A DNA stretch of 64,000 nt from Candidatus Hecatella orcuttiae (lineage in GTDB: Archaea > Thermoproteota > Bathyarchaeia > Hecatellales > Hecatellaceae): positions 1 to 64,000 of the forward strand of contig MTLY02000003.1 of the NCBI GenBank assembly GCA_002011035.2, given 5' to 3'. Under the pieces are notes generated by a model. That model saw only the letters and a program-made list of their open reading frames with translations, made no database searches and had not been told where the DNA came from. This document shows positions 39,593-49,563 of this stretch, in pieces (position 1 is the stretch's first letter; each line of letters starts with the position of its first letter). The position numbers and the translations under genes are program-made.

Positions 39593-40603
39593 CTACTCGG
39601 ACTCCTCCAACCCCGACATCTTCCTGATGAACCTCCCCACCTTCTCGATGGGGTGGTCTTCCATCTCCTTAAGCATCCTCTGTAGGTTCTCCCGGCCGCT
39701 CCGGGCTTCCTCAATCCACTGCCGGGCGAAGATGCCTTCCTTCACATCCCTAGCCGCCTTCCTCATGTTCTCCTTGACATGCTCGTCCACAACCTTCGGG
39801 CCTACGGCCAGACCTCCATACCGAGCGGTCTCCGACACCGCGTGCAGCATCCCCAAGATGCCCTTCCGGTAGATGATGTCCACGATGAGCTTAGCCTCGT
39901 TGCAGGCTTCAAAGTAGGCCAGCTCCGGCGGGTAGCCTTCCTCCACCAAGACCTCGAAGCCCTTCTTGAGAAGCTCCACCAAGCCGCCCACCAGCACCGT
40001 CTGCTCTCCGATGAGGTCGCTCTCCGTCTCATCCTTGAAGGTGGTCTTCAGCACCCCCGCTCGGGTGCAGCCTAAAGCCTTAGCGTACTCCAACCCCACG
40101 GTCTCTCCCTTTCCTGTGTAGTCTTGGTAGACAGCCAGAAGAGCTGGGGAGCCGAAGCCTTCGAGGTAGAGGCCTCTCACCGTGGGGCCCGGTCCCTTGG
40201 GAGCTACCATGAACACGTCGATGTGGGGCGGAGGAACGATGAGCTGGAAGTGAATGTTAAATCCGTGGGAGAAACCCAAGGCTTTACCCTCCGTCAGATG
40301 CGGCTTAATCTCCTCGTAGACCAACGGCTGAACCATGTCCTGGGTCAGCATCTGAACAACCTCCGCCCTCTCAGCCGCCTCAGACGCCTTGAAAACCCTG
40401 AAACCCTCTTTCTCAGCTGTCTTCCACTGGAGGCTCCCAGGCAGGTCTGATACGATCACATCTAAGCCTGAGTCTCGCAGGTTCTGCGATTGAGCTCTCC
40501 CTTGGCTTCCGTAGCCTATCACAGCCACGGTTTTGTTTTTCAGGTAGTTTGTGGTCACATCTCGGTCATAATATACTTTAACCACGGCTGTTCCCCCTTT
40601 CAC
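39593..40603 (-). CDS. ilvC: Ketol-acid reductoisomerase
   Basis: IGYGSQG, FSHGFN, APKGPG, ETESDL.GEQ. Confidence 0.96.
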   Translation of the reverse strand: MKGGTAVVKVYYDRDVTTNYLKNKTVAVIGYGSQGRAQSQNLRDSGLDVIVSDLPGSLQWKTAEKEGFRVFKASEAAERAEVVQMLTQDMVQPLVYEEIKPHLTEGKALGFSHGFNIHFQLIVPPPHIDVFMVAPKGPGPTVRGLYLEGFGSPALLAVYQDYTGKGETVGLEYAKALGCTRAGVLKTTFKDETESDLIGEQTVLVGGLVELLKKGFEVLVEEGYPPELAYFEACNEAKLIVDIIYRKGILGMLHAVSETARYGGLAVGPKVVDEHVKENMRKAARDVKEGIFARQWIEEARSGRENLQRMLKEMEDHPIEKVGRFIRKMSGLEESE

Positions 40604-41109
40604 ACTTTTATGGCTTCGCTTCCCCTGAGGAGAGCTGTGATGCCTGTTCTGGCCATTTCTTTTACACCGTATTCTTTTATGAGGTCTAGGAAAGCGTCGA
40701 TCTTCCTAGGCTCCCCTGTGATCTCGATGACCATGGAGTCCGCGGTCACGTCCACCACCCTCGCCCGGTAGATGCGGGAAAAATGAATGAGGTCCGACCG
40801 GGCTTTGGAGTCTTTCACATGAACCTTGATGAGGGCCAGCTCCCGGAGCACCGACTGCTTAGGATTCAACCGGGTGACCTTGACGGTTTCCACCAGCTTG
40901 TAGAGGTTCTTCACAATCTGCTCCACAGCCCACTCGTCTCCCCTGATGACCAAGGTCATCCTAGCCAGCTTTCCCCCCTCAAGAGCGCCCACGGAGATAC
41001 TGTCGATGTTGTGGCCTCTCCGACGGATCATGTTCGTAACCTTGAAGAGGACACCCGGCTTATTCTCTACGATAGTGGCTATGATCTGGCTTGAGGGCTC
41101 TTGGCTCAC
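40600..41109 (-). CDS. ilvN: Acetolactate synthase regulatory subunit
   Basis: [28 protein letters not shown]; GTG start with RBS. Confidence 0.93.
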   Translation of the reverse strand: MSQEPSSQIIATIVENKPGVLFKVTNMIRRRGHNIDSISVGALEGGKLARMTLVIRGDEWAVEQIVKNLYKLVETVKVTRLNPKQSVLRELALIKVHVKDSKARSDLIHFSRIYRARVVDVTADSMVIEITGEPRKIDAFLDLIKEYGVKEMARTGITALLRGSEAIKV

Positions 41110-41258
41110 GCTTCCCCACCTCTCCTCAGGGCCGCATGGGTTCCATGCGTTTAACCTTTGCACACGCATAGCTTAAGATACTGCGGCGATAATTAAAATT
41201 ATGCCTCCTCACATTTCAGGAAGCCTTAAAATGCGTAGAGGAGTATCCAGTTAGAGCC

Positions 41259-42521
41259 ATGACGGTCACATGGGATGAAGAGAAACCTCCAGCCGAAGTA
41301 GCAGCCCGTCCTGCCAAATGGGTCTACCTAGGCGTCGTGTTAATCGCCTTTGCCGTGGTTGCCTCCGGCTTCTCCGCCTACCTCTACCTGAATTTTCAGT
41401 CGCAGGTGGAGGATTTCCACTCCGACTACGCAGCGCTGGAATCTCAGCTTTCCAGCCTCCAGTCGCAGGTTTCCAGCGTGGAAGCTGAACTGAGGAGGCT
41501 TCGCTCCCAGCTGGAAGCTCTCCAGCCCCAACCCGCTGAAGCGGGCGCGCTGCTCACCCCCCAGCAGGTCTTCAAATTGGCTGAGCCCTCCGTCGTCCTC
41601 ATCAGAGCGGAGTCCCTAACGATCTTCGGTGTTGAAGTATCAGAGGGCTCCGGCTTCGTTTACGACTCCCAAGGCCACTTAGTAACCAACAACCACGTGG
41701 TGGAGGGAGCCGACGAACTGGAGGTTGTCTTCCCAGACGGAACGGTCGTCGAGGCTCGGCTTGTGGGCGCTGACCCCTACAGTGACTTGGCGGTTTTGAA
41801 GGTAGACCTGCCGGCTGAGAAGTTGAAGCCTCTGCCTTTAGGAAACTCCTCCGAGCTTTCGGTCGGAGACCCCATCGTGGCCATCGGAAACCCCTTCGGT
41901 TTAAGCAACACCATGACGGCTGGGATAGTAAGCCAAGTGGGAAGAGAGTTAAGAGCTCCGAGAGGCTACATCATCATCGACGTCATCCAGGTTGACGCCG
42001 CCATCAACCCCGGGAACTCCGGAGGGCCTCTGATGAACATGAAGGGGGAAGTGGTGGGGGTGAACACGGCCATCATTTCAGGTTCAGGAACCTCCGCCGG
42101 AGTCGGGTTCGCCATTCCCTCCGACACGGTGAAAAGGGAAGTGCCTGTCCTCATAGCAACGGGTGAGTATAAGCATCCGTGGATAGGCATCTCAGGAACC
42201 GACGTGACCCCTGAGATCGCGGAGGCCATGGGGCTGAAGGAAGTGAAAGGCTTCCTCATCACCGACGTCGTCGAAGGCAGCCCAGCTGAGGCGGCGGGGC
42301 TCCGGGGGGGCAGCAGAACCGTTACCATCGAAGGCTTGGAGGTCAAACTAGGCGGCGACGTCATAATAGGCGTGGACGACGTGGAAGTCAGGAAGCTGAG
42401 GGACGGCATCGTCTACATCGAGAGAAACAAACAGCCCGGGGACGAGATCACCCTCACCATCATCAGGGAGGGACAAGTCCTCACCGTGGAGTTGATGTTG
42501 GGGGAGAGACCTCCGCCCTAA
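41259..42521 (+). CDS. Membrane-anchored HtrA/DegP-type serine protease with PDZ domain
   Basis: TM plus coiled coil; TNNHVV, DLAV, GNSGGPL, PDZ GSPA..AGL. Confidence 0.94.
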   Translation: MTVTWDEEKPPAEVAARPAKWVYLGVVLIAFAVVASGFSAYLYLNFQSQVEDFHSDYAALESQLSSLQSQVSSVEAELRRLRSQLEALQPQPAEAGALLTPQQVFKLAEPSVVLIRAESLTIFGVEVSEGSGFVYDSQGHLVTNNHVVEGADELEVVFPDGTVVEARLVGADPYSDLAVLKVDLPAEKLKPLPLGNSSELSVGDPIVAIGNPFGLSNTMTAGIVSQVGRELRAPRGYIIIDVIQVDAAINPGNSGGPLMNMKGEVVGVNTAIISGSGTSAGVGFAIPSDTVKREVPVLIATGEYKHPWIGISGTDVTPEIAEAMGLKEVKGFLITDVVEGSPAEAAGLRGGSRTVTIEGLEVKLGGDVIIGVDDVEVRKLRDGIVYIERNKQPGDEITLTIIREGQVLTVELMLGERPPP

Positions 42522-42682
42522 AGCATCCCGGCTTCTCAGCCAAGTCACCTTCAACCCTCCCGGAGAAAACTTTTCCTCCTATTCGAAGAGGCCTTGCCGA
42601 CAAAACTATTTAAAGTGAAACCGCTAGCTATACTCTAAGCCGGCTGATAGGACCGTTTACCCTTGATGCTTCCCCCCAGAGG

Positions 42683-44551
42683 TTGAGAGAGGTTTCGAGT
42701 GGAATGTTCCAAGAGGAAGTCAAAAAAATCCAGCAACAGCACAGAATCATCGGCCGTGAGGAAGAGCTGAGTTGCGCTCTGGCTGCCGCTTATGCTGGGA
42801 AACACATCCTCTTGGAGGGTGCGGTGGGGGTAGGTAAAACCGTCATAGCGTTGGCGTTAGCCAGACATCTTAACCGAAAATTTTACCGGGTTGACGGGGA
42901 CGAACGCTACACCGAGCATAAGCTCACCGGCTGGTTTGACCCCTCCGCGGTGATGGCCAAGGGCTACTCTTGGGAAACCTTCATCCCAGGACCTTTGACG
43001 CAGGCCATGATGGAGGGCGCTCTCCTGTTCATCAACGAGCTGAACCGAATGCCTGAAGGCACTCAGAACGTCCTCCTTCCCGCAATGGATGAAGGGCGGA
43101 TAAACATCCCTAAGATCGGAGTAGTGGAGTCCAAGCCAACCTTCCTCATCATCGCAACCCAAAACCCTGAAGAATTCGTGGGCACAAGCAGGCTGGGGGA
43201 GGCTTTAAAGGACCGTTTCGTTTGGATTCGCCTCAACTACCAGTCGGGGGTGGAAGAGTGCGAAATAGTCAAAAAGGAGACAGGCTGCGAGGATGAGGCT
43301 TTAATTTCAACAGCCGTTAAAATCGCCAGAAAAACCAGAGAAGACCCTGACATAAGGCGGGGCTCCTCGGTTCGAGGGGCCATCGACCTAGTGGACCTTG
43401 TCAGAAAGTTTGCAGGAGGCTTCACCGCGGACGTGGAAGTTTGGGTAAAAGCCGCCATGATAGCCCTGCCGACCAAGATAGAGCTTCAGGACCAAACCAC
43501 GCGAAAAGTCGACGAGCTGATCAAGAAAATAGTCACCTCCAGCCTAAGTGAAGTGAAAGCCGAAGCGCCGGTGAAGACATCTTCCCAGCCGGAAAAAAGT
43601 GACCGCGGAGGCCATGCTGGGGGACAAGGTTTTCAACAAGCCCTAAAGGACAGGCTTACAGGTAAAAAATTTCAACCCCCACTGAACATGTTAGCTCCGA
43701 AAAGGTCGGAAACGGTAGGCGAACTTCTTCTCGAAGGAAAACTGTTTAAGGAAGCGGTGGCCGCCATTACAAAGGCTGAGCCGAGCTGGCTGGGTTTGCA
43801 TCTTCTGGCTTCGGTTAAGCCTGAGCTTGAGCCGGAGTACCAAGAGCTTGCGAAAAGGCTTCTGATCAGGATGATCGTAAGGCTTGCGGCTCAAATATCT
43901 TGGAGAGGTCTCTCCGCCACCTACTATGGCTGCGTGCCCTTCAAACCGGGAATGGAAGAGTTCGACGTGGAGCAGACCTACGAAAACTGGCTGGGTAACC
44001 CTTGCCCCGGCCCCGAGGACATCGTGGGGGTTGAAAAATTCAGGAAGAAAAACGCCGTGGCCATCATGTTTGACACCAGTAACTCTATGCAGATGAGTAA
44101 GATCGTAACCGCCGCCTTGGCGGTGGGGGTTTTAGCCTACAAGCTGAAGGAAGACCATCACTCCATCATCACCTTCAAGGAAAAGCCTGAAGTCCTAAAA
44201 GGCATGACGGAGAACTTGGAAATCGAAACGCTGGTGGGCAGAATCCTAGACCACCAGCCCGGAGGACTGACCAACATCCGGGACGCTTTAGCCAAGGGTT
44301 TGGAGGAACTGGAGCGGGTTCAAGTCCACAGGCAACTGGGCATCATGGTGACAGACGGATGGGTTACCTACGGAGGAGACCCGGTGGAGATCGCTGAGAA
44401 ATATCCCCGTCTTCATGTGATCCAGGTTCCTCTGGGTGTGGGAGGAGGAGACCCTGACATGTGCCGAACCCTCGCCAAGGCTGGGAGGGGGAAATACTCC
44501 TATATGCGAAGTTTCTACCATCTCCCCCAAGCCATCCTCTCCATCTTGTGA
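42683..44551 (+). CDS. MoxR-family AAA+ ATPase fused to a VWA domain
   Basis: GAVGVGKT, FINELNR, ATQNP, L.EALKDRF; C-terminal DTSNSM, G.TN, TDG (MIDAS). Confidence 0.88.
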   Translation: MREVSSGMFQEEVKKIQQQHRIIGREEELSCALAAAYAGKHILLEGAVGVGKTVIALALARHLNRKFYRVDGDERYTEHKLTGWFDPSAVMAKGYSWETFIPGPLTQAMMEGALLFINELNRMPEGTQNVLLPAMDEGRINIPKIGVVESKPTFLIIATQNPEEFVGTSRLGEALKDRFVWIRLNYQSGVEECEIVKKETGCEDEALISTAVKIARKTREDPDIRRGSSVRGAIDLVDLVRKFAGGFTADVEVWVKAAMIALPTKIELQDQTTRKVDELIKKIVTSSLSEVKAEAPVKTSSQPEKSDRGGHAGGQGFQQALKDRLTGKKFQPPLNMLAPKRSETVGELLLEGKLFKEAVAAITKAEPSWLGLHLLASVKPELEPEYQELAKRLLIRMIVRLAAQISWRGLSATYYGCVPFKPGMEEFDVEQTYENWLGNPCPGPEDIVGVEKFRKKNAVAIMFDTSNSMQMSKIVTAALAVGVLAYKLKEDHHSIITFKEKPEVLKGMTENLEIETLVGRILDHQPGGLTNIRDALAKGLEELERVQVHRQLGIMVTDGWVTYGGDPVEIAEKYPRLHVIQVPLGVGGGDPDMCRTLAKAGRGKYSYMRSFYHLPQAILSIL

Positions 44552-44695
44552 CACTTTTTTGCGGGAGCCCGGATTAAGGTCAGTCGGCTTTGAAACCTAG
44601 GTTCAGGCAGGTTTTTCTCGCGCTGGGGTGGAGAAAATGTTTTTAAAATAGTAAATATAATAAATATAATAATAAAATTTTCTGAGGACTAGGTC

Positions 44696-45046
44696 ATGAA
44701 GAAAATTGAAGCCTATATAAAATCTGATAAATTAAAGGAAGCAATCCACGAGCTGAAGAAAATCGGCGTTCCCGGCTTCACCTACTATGCCGTAACAGGT
44801 CACGGCAGAGAGGAAGAAGTTAAAGGATTCGTCCCTAGGGGCATCTCGGCTATTCCCATCAAAGAAGACATCCTACCCCGAACGAAAATCGAGATCATGT
44901 GCAACGACAAGGATGTTGACAAAATTTTCGAAGCCATCTGGAAAGCCTGTTGCACTAAGAAACCGGGAGACGGAATGGTCTTCGTCTCACCCATAACAGC
45001 CGCCTATAAACTGAAGGCGAAAGAAAAGCTCTCTAAGCTAGAATAA
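44696..45046 (+). CDS. PII-family signal protein (atypical)
   Basis: MKKIEA.I...KL, V.G.G, LP..KIEI, T..PGDG..FVSP. Confidence 0.88.
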   Translation: MKKIEAYIKSDKLKEAIHELKKIGVPGFTYYAVTGHGREEEVKGFVPRGISAIPIKEDILPRTKIEIMCNDKDVDKIFEAIWKACCTKKPGDGMVFVSPITAAYKLKAKEKLSKLE

Positions 45047-45083
45047 AACCCTTGGGGCCTAGACCCTGCGGGTTTAGAGGACG

Positions 45084-45692
45084 CTATCCTCCGGAAAGAA
45101 TCTTCCACACTTCTTTTTTTAGGGTTTTCTCAGCGAAAAGAAGCCTCGTCTCGAAGGTCTCGTCGATGACTACTCTCCCATCCGGTGTGGAGACCACGCA
45201 GCCTCCTATAGACTTCAGCGGCTTCTTGTCAAACGTCACCTTCATGTTTGAGGGCAGCTTCAGTTTTTGAAGCACCTGCTGGGAGCGCTCTAGGTCTTTT
45301 TCGTTAAGCTTCACCTTGATGCTCTCCGAGCCTATCTGAGACGCTGCCAAAGCTGTGAGATGGCGGAGGCTTTTGAGGTAGGCTTCCCCCTTGACGATTC
45401 CTCGAAGCTTTTTCTCCGCCTCCTTGAAGGCTTGACCTATCAGCCTGTTTTTTTCCGCCAGAATTTTCAGGGACGCCTCCCTTCTGGCTTCGCTGAGCCT
45501 TCTATCTTCAATGAGCTTAGCCTCTTCCCGAGTTTCAGCCTCAGCGTTCTCCTCCACTTTCCGTCCTTCTTCTTCAGCCTTCTGGACGAGTTCCCTCGCC
45601 TGCTTCTCAGCTTCTTCGATTCTCTTTTTAGCTTCAGCATGGGCGTCGGCTAAAATTTCTTCACCGATCTTGGCCAGAACTTGGCTGCTCAA
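45084..45692 (-). CDS. atpE: A/V-type ATP synthase subunit E
   Basis: N-terminal coiled coil; IGG.VV...DGRV..D.TFE.RL. Confidence 0.88.
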   Translation of the reverse strand: MSSQVLAKIGEEILADAHAEAKKRIEEAEKQARELVQKAEEEGRKVEENAEAETREEAKLIEDRRLSEARREASLKILAEKNRLIGQAFKEAEKKLRGIVKGEAYLKSLRHLTALAASQIGSESIKVKLNEKDLERSQQVLQKLKLPSNMKVTFDKKPLKSIGGCVVSTPDGRVVIDETFETRLLFAEKTLKKEVWKILSGG

Positions 45693-46012
45693 AGTTTAAC
45701 CCCCAAAATTTCCTCCACGATTCTTTCAGCCGCTTTTTCAAGGTTTTTGGATGCTTTTTCTCTCAAGGCTTTGATTTGGTTCTCAGCTTCCTTTTCGATT
45801 TTGGCGGCTTTTTCTTGGATGAGGGCATCGGTTTCCTTTATCATTTTTTCCCTTCGATGTTTCGCTTTTTCGGAGGCCTTTGCTTTGATGGCTTCTGCCT
45901 CCGCTTCCGCCTTCCTCAATATTTCCCTACTTCTGCTTTCTGCGTCCTCTATGATCTTCCTAGCCTGCTCTTCTATTTCCCTGATTTTCCTGAGGGTTTC
46001 CACCGAAGACAA
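45689..46012 (-). CDS. A/V-type ATP synthase subunit H (G-like stator)
   Basis: ETL.KIRE.E..A..IIE.A coiled coil; overlaps atpE; TTG start with GGTGA RBS. Confidence 0.75.
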   Translation of the reverse strand: MSSVETLRKIREIEEQARKIIEDAESRSREILRKAEAEAEAIKAKASEKAKHRREKMIKETDALIQEKAAKIEKEAENQIKALREKASKNLEKAAERIVEEILGVKL

Positions 46013-46103
46013 AGCCTTCACCGCAACTCCGCTGAAAGTAAGATTAAGGTTTCTTGGGTGGTTTCGACTATATAAAATCTTGTTCAACCCCGAGAAGAAG
46101 GGT

Positions 46104-47384
46104 CTACATATAGTCTCTAAGGCTGGGTTTTCTTTTCTTCCCGGGAGCAGGTTTTCCTGTTTCTTCTTTTACTATCAGTTTCCCGTATACTCCATCGTAG
46201 CCCGGCTTTACCGTTACTCTACCCTCTCTAACCCTCACGATCAATTCGGCGACAGGGCGTTCTACAACTTCGCACAGCTCCCCGTAGGAGGCGTCGAGCA
46301 GAACCGTGTACTCGTTTCCAAACCTCCTCACCAAGGCGTTGTACCGCAGCCAAACCCTCTGACTGGACAGGCTGTCAGCCCCCAAGGCTGTGGCTATGAC
46401 CTCGGAGAGGGGGAGAAGATGCACGTAAGCCGGGGTCTTTTCAGGCTTGAACCCCGCAGGTCTGTCAGCCAACTCTTCAACCCTCTGCTCAACCCCCTTG
46501 GTCATCTTCCGCCCGCAGACAGGGCACAAGCTTTCCATCTTCTCCGCCTCTTGGGCTGGGAGGGAGACGCCGCAAGCCCGATGTCCCGTCCAGTGGTATT
46601 TCCCGTAGGCGGGGTTGGTTTCGACGGTGAAGAGGAAGCGGCGGGGGTCCTTGGATTTTATGGCCTCCACGATATTTCGGAAGCCCAGATTTTTCAACTC
46701 TAAAACGTTGGCTTCCCTCCCCAGCCTCCAAGGCCAGTAACTGTGGCTGTCGGAGTTGGAGACCAAAGCTAAACGGTCCAACTCCTTTATCCTCCAGTTC
46801 ATGGGAGGATCCGAGGAAAGGCCTGTTTCCAAGGCGAAGATTTTGGAGGTCTTGTCTTGGTAGCAGTCTTCAAGGCGGTCGAAGCCGCTGAAGGTTCCGA
46901 AGAGGCTGAACCAGGGAGTCCAAGCGTGGGCGGGAAACACAACGTTTTCCTCTGAGACTTGGAGAGTGAGCTCCACAAGCTCCGGAGGCGTCAATTCCAA
47001 AGTCGGTCTTCCATCGGCTTCTAGGGAGCCGTATTTTCGGAGCTCCTCGTTCAGCTGCTCAGCCACCTCCAAGCTGGGCATCCATATGACATGGTGGATT
47101 TTTTTCTGTTTACCTTCAAAGCTAAAAAGGGTGTGAACCTCGCAGCTTACCATAAAATATACTTGGGGGTTTTCGGCTTCCTTGAGAGTGTAAAGCCCAT
47201 CCCACGGGCTTTCTTCCAGTAACGCCTTCAGCTCGTTGTACCATAGGGGATGGGTGGAGTCCCCTGTGCCCACCACTTTCAATCCTTTAATCTGAGCATA
47301 ACGCGCTATGGAAGTCACCGTCATATCTTGGCTGGTAGCTCTGCTGTATCGGGAGTGAATGTGGCCGTCTAGAAACACCCTCAA
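46104..47384 (-). CDS. Endonuclease Q family (PHP domain + Zn finger)
   Basis: D.HIHSRYSRATS, GTGD.THP, PAHAWTP, ETGLSSDP, SNSDSHS, GKYH, CPVCG, PGYDGVYG. Confidence 0.9.
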   Translation of the reverse strand: MRVFLDGHIHSRYSRATSQDMTVTSIARYAQIKGLKVVGTGDSTHPLWYNELKALLEESPWDGLYTLKEAENPQVYFMVSCEVHTLFSFEGKQKKIHHVIWMPSLEVAEQLNEELRKYGSLEADGRPTLELTPPELVELTLQVSEENVVFPAHAWTPWFSLFGTFSGFDRLEDCYQDKTSKIFALETGLSSDPPMNWRIKELDRLALVSNSDSHSYWPWRLGREANVLELKNLGFRNIVEAIKSKDPRRFLFTVETNPAYGKYHWTGHRACGVSLPAQEAEKMESLCPVCGRKMTKGVEQRVEELADRPAGFKPEKTPAYVHLLPLSEVIATALGADSLSSQRVWLRYNALVRRFGNEYTVLLDASYGELCEVVERPVAELIVRVREGRVTVKPGYDGVYGKLIVKEETGKPAPGKKRKPSLRDYM

Positions 47385-47498
47385 AGCGGCCGCCTGAAAC
47401 CCTGTTTTCCTCCCTTCAACCTATCCCTGAAGAAGGTTAAATCTTTTCGGCTAACTTCGACTGCGATGTTTTTATGCCTCAAGCAAGTTTCTCTCCTC

Positions 47499-47957
47499 AT
47501 GAAGGGAGCCTACGTTCTCCTCCTCTCCGCCGAGGAAAACGCGAAGGTTAAGGTTGGAAGCCTAGGAGAAATAAAGCTGGCAAAAGGACACTACGCCTAC
47601 GTGGGCTCCGCCCTTGGAAGAGGACTGAACCTAGAGAAACGGGTGCAGAGACATAAAAGATTAGCCGAAACGAAAGCCGGCTGTTTAAGATGGCACATCG
47701 ACTACCTTCTGGCCTCGCCCAGCTTCCGTTGGAGGGAAGCCATCCTCATCGAGTCATCGGAACCCTTGGAATGCGCTGTTTCCCGAAGGCTTGAAGCCTT
47801 GGCAGAGGCGGTTATACCGAAATTCGGCTCTTCCGACTGCAAGAACGCTTGCAGAGGCCATCTTCACTATCTTGGAACCCGGCCTCTTCGAGAAATCAGA
47901 GACATTTTAGAAAACCTAAGATTGAACCTTCGTCATGCTGCTGTGAAACATCCTTAG
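47499..47957 (+). CDS. GIY-YIG (DUF123/Uri) nuclease family protein
   Basis: KG.Y.L, G.Y.YVGSA, RV.RH, WHIDYL, FGSSDC, HL. Confidence 0.9.
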   Translation: MKGAYVLLLSAEENAKVKVGSLGEIKLAKGHYAYVGSALGRGLNLEKRVQRHKRLAETKAGCLRWHIDYLLASPSFRWREAILIESSEPLECAVSRRLEALAEAVIPKFGSSDCKNACRGHLHYLGTRPLREIRDILENLRLNLRHAAVKHP

Positions 47958-47993
47958 CCGGCCGGACCCGGTTGGGGGTGTCTTCGGGTTTCC

Positions 47994-48299
47994 CTAGATG
48001 GTTTCTGTGAAGACTGTTACGCCTTCGATGTATTTCGCCCACTGCCTCAGAAGCTTCAAAGCCTCTGGGGTGGACAGGTCTTTTTTATACTCTTCCACGT
48101 TTTTGATGTCGATGCATTCGATGTAGTTGTAGGGAAGAGGCTTCCCTTCCAAGGTTTCCTTGAGCTTGTAGACGCGGTAGGAGGTTATGGATTTAAAGAA
48201 TTTCTCGGTGGTCGGGTAATCAAATTCATGAACCCACTTCTCGTATTCCTCCGCTTTGGCTTCAGGGCGAAGTTTCGATAACACGAAAACCCTAGGCAT
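47994..48299 (-). CDS. Dimeric alpha/beta-barrel protein (REDY-like/HapK- or EthD-like)
   Basis: L.P.....EYEKW....DYP, PY.YIE.I; GGAGGTGG RBS before ATG 48299. Confidence 0.6.
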   Translation of the reverse strand: MPRVFVLSKLRPEAKAEEYEKWVHEFDYPTTEKFFKSITSYRVYKLKETLEGKPLPYNYIECIDIKNVEEYKKDLSTPEALKLLRQWAKYIEGVTVFTETI

Positions 48300-48434
48300 T
48301 CTTCCACCTCCAATTGTAGATAGAGAAGGGGGGAGTGCGGATAAAAAACTATCCGGGAAGGGCAACTGGGCGGCAAAACCTAATAACCGCATAAATAGTT
48401 ACTTCAAGATGGCTGAACCTAGGATGTGTTGCCC

Positions 48435-48596
48435 ATGTGGAATAAGTGCCCGAAATGCGGTGGAAGGATGGTATGCGAAGAAGTTTCCATTCTAGGAAAA
48501 CATGGAACCTTAGGGCGGAAAAGCTACCTTTTTAACGCCTACATCTGTAGCTCATGCCGCTACACGGAGTTTTTCCTTCAGCCTCCGAAAAGTTAG
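48435..48596 (+). CDS. Small zinc-ribbon protein (53 aa; not in the ORF track)
   Basis: MWNKCPKCGG...AYICSSCRYTEFF; fills the gap upstream of 48630. Confidence 0.75.
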   Translation: MWNKCPKCGGRMVCEEVSILGKHGTLGRKSYLFNAYICSSCRYTEFFLQPPKS

Positions 48597-48629
48597 ACTC
48601 AAAAAGACCGCCTCGGAGGATAGGGGACG

Positions 48630-49208
48630 GTGAAATTGTCGGTTGATAAAAGAATCCTCTACTTTAAGGTTCCGGGGGAGCAGTGCACTCAAGAAACTTT
48701 TCAACGGGCCAAAGAACGGGCTGAGGAGCTGGGAATAAAGGATTTGGTCGTCGCCTCCACCACCGGTGAAACTGGAATAAAAGCCTGCGAGTATTTCAGA
48801 GGATACAACCTCACCGTTGTCTCCCATTACACCGGTTTCAAGGAGCCCGGCGTCCAGCAGATGAGCCTTGAAAACCGCGAAAAAATCCGAAAACTGGGAG
48901 GTAGACTTCTCACCTGCACCCACGCTTTCCAAGGTGTGGAACGGGGGATAAGGGAAAAGTTCGCCACCGCCTACCCTGTCGAAATAATGGCTCAAACCCT
49001 AAGGCTTTTCGGAGAAGGCGTGAAGGTTGCAGTGGAGATATCCCTCATGGCAGCGGACGCAGGGCTTATTCCTCATGACAGGGAAATCATCGCCATAGCC
49101 GGAACGAATAGAGGAGCCGACACAGCCCTAGTCCTTCAGCCTGCCAACACGACTAGAGTTTTCAGCCTAAAGGTAAAAGAAATAATAGCAAAGCCCCGGC
49201 TGAACTGA
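48630..49208 (+). CDS. Pyruvate-kinase C-terminal-like (COG1751-type) protein
   Basis: YF..PG, VVASTTG.T, G.KVAVEI.LMAADAG, GADTA. Confidence 0.85.
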   Translation: MKLSVDKRILYFKVPGEQCTQETFQRAKERAEELGIKDLVVASTTGETGIKACEYFRGYNLTVVSHYTGFKEPGVQQMSLENREKIRKLGGRLLTCTHAFQGVERGIREKFATAYPVEIMAQTLRLFGEGVKVAVEISLMAADAGLIPHDREIIAIAGTNRGADTALVLQPANTTRVFSLKVKEIIAKPRLN

Positions 49209-49260
49209 AACGGAGAATTCTCATCCGAGATTTGGAAAATAATAATTCAGAGGTCAGCCT

Positions 49261-49563
49261 TCAGCCGGAGGGCGCAGGTTTTTCCAAGGTGATTTCCATG
49301 GTGCTGACGTTGGATTTTCTGTCTTCCCTCTCCACGGTTTCCGTTCCTATGGTGATGTTTTTGATGACCAAGTCCTTCACGAAGGCTCTCCTCAACAGTT
49401 CCACCGTGTCCACAGCTTTGCTGATGGCGGTGCCTCGGGCTTTTACGACGATTCCGTTGTAGCCTTGGTTGAAGAAGGTCACGCAGGCTACCACGTAGTT
49501 CATGACGGGTTTTCTACCAACCAACACCACATTCCGTTGGGCCTCGGGTTTTTCTTCTGCCAT
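49261..49563 (-). CDS. albA: DNA/RNA-binding protein Alba
   Basis: VG.KPVMNYV.A, KARG.AISKAVD.VE, NVS.MEI.L. Confidence 0.96.
   Translation of the reverse strand: MAEEKPEAQRNVVLVGRKPVMNYVVACVTFFNQGYNGIVVKARGTAISKAVDTVELLRRAFVKDLVIKNITIGTETVEREDRKSNVSTMEITLEKPAPSG

Noticed and set aside
38481-39872. 463-aa plus-strand ORF, and similar long antisense ORFs (20258-21100, 25439-26437, 45681-46703)
   Set aside because: Antisense shadows of GC-rich genes (leuC etc.); low-complexity translations
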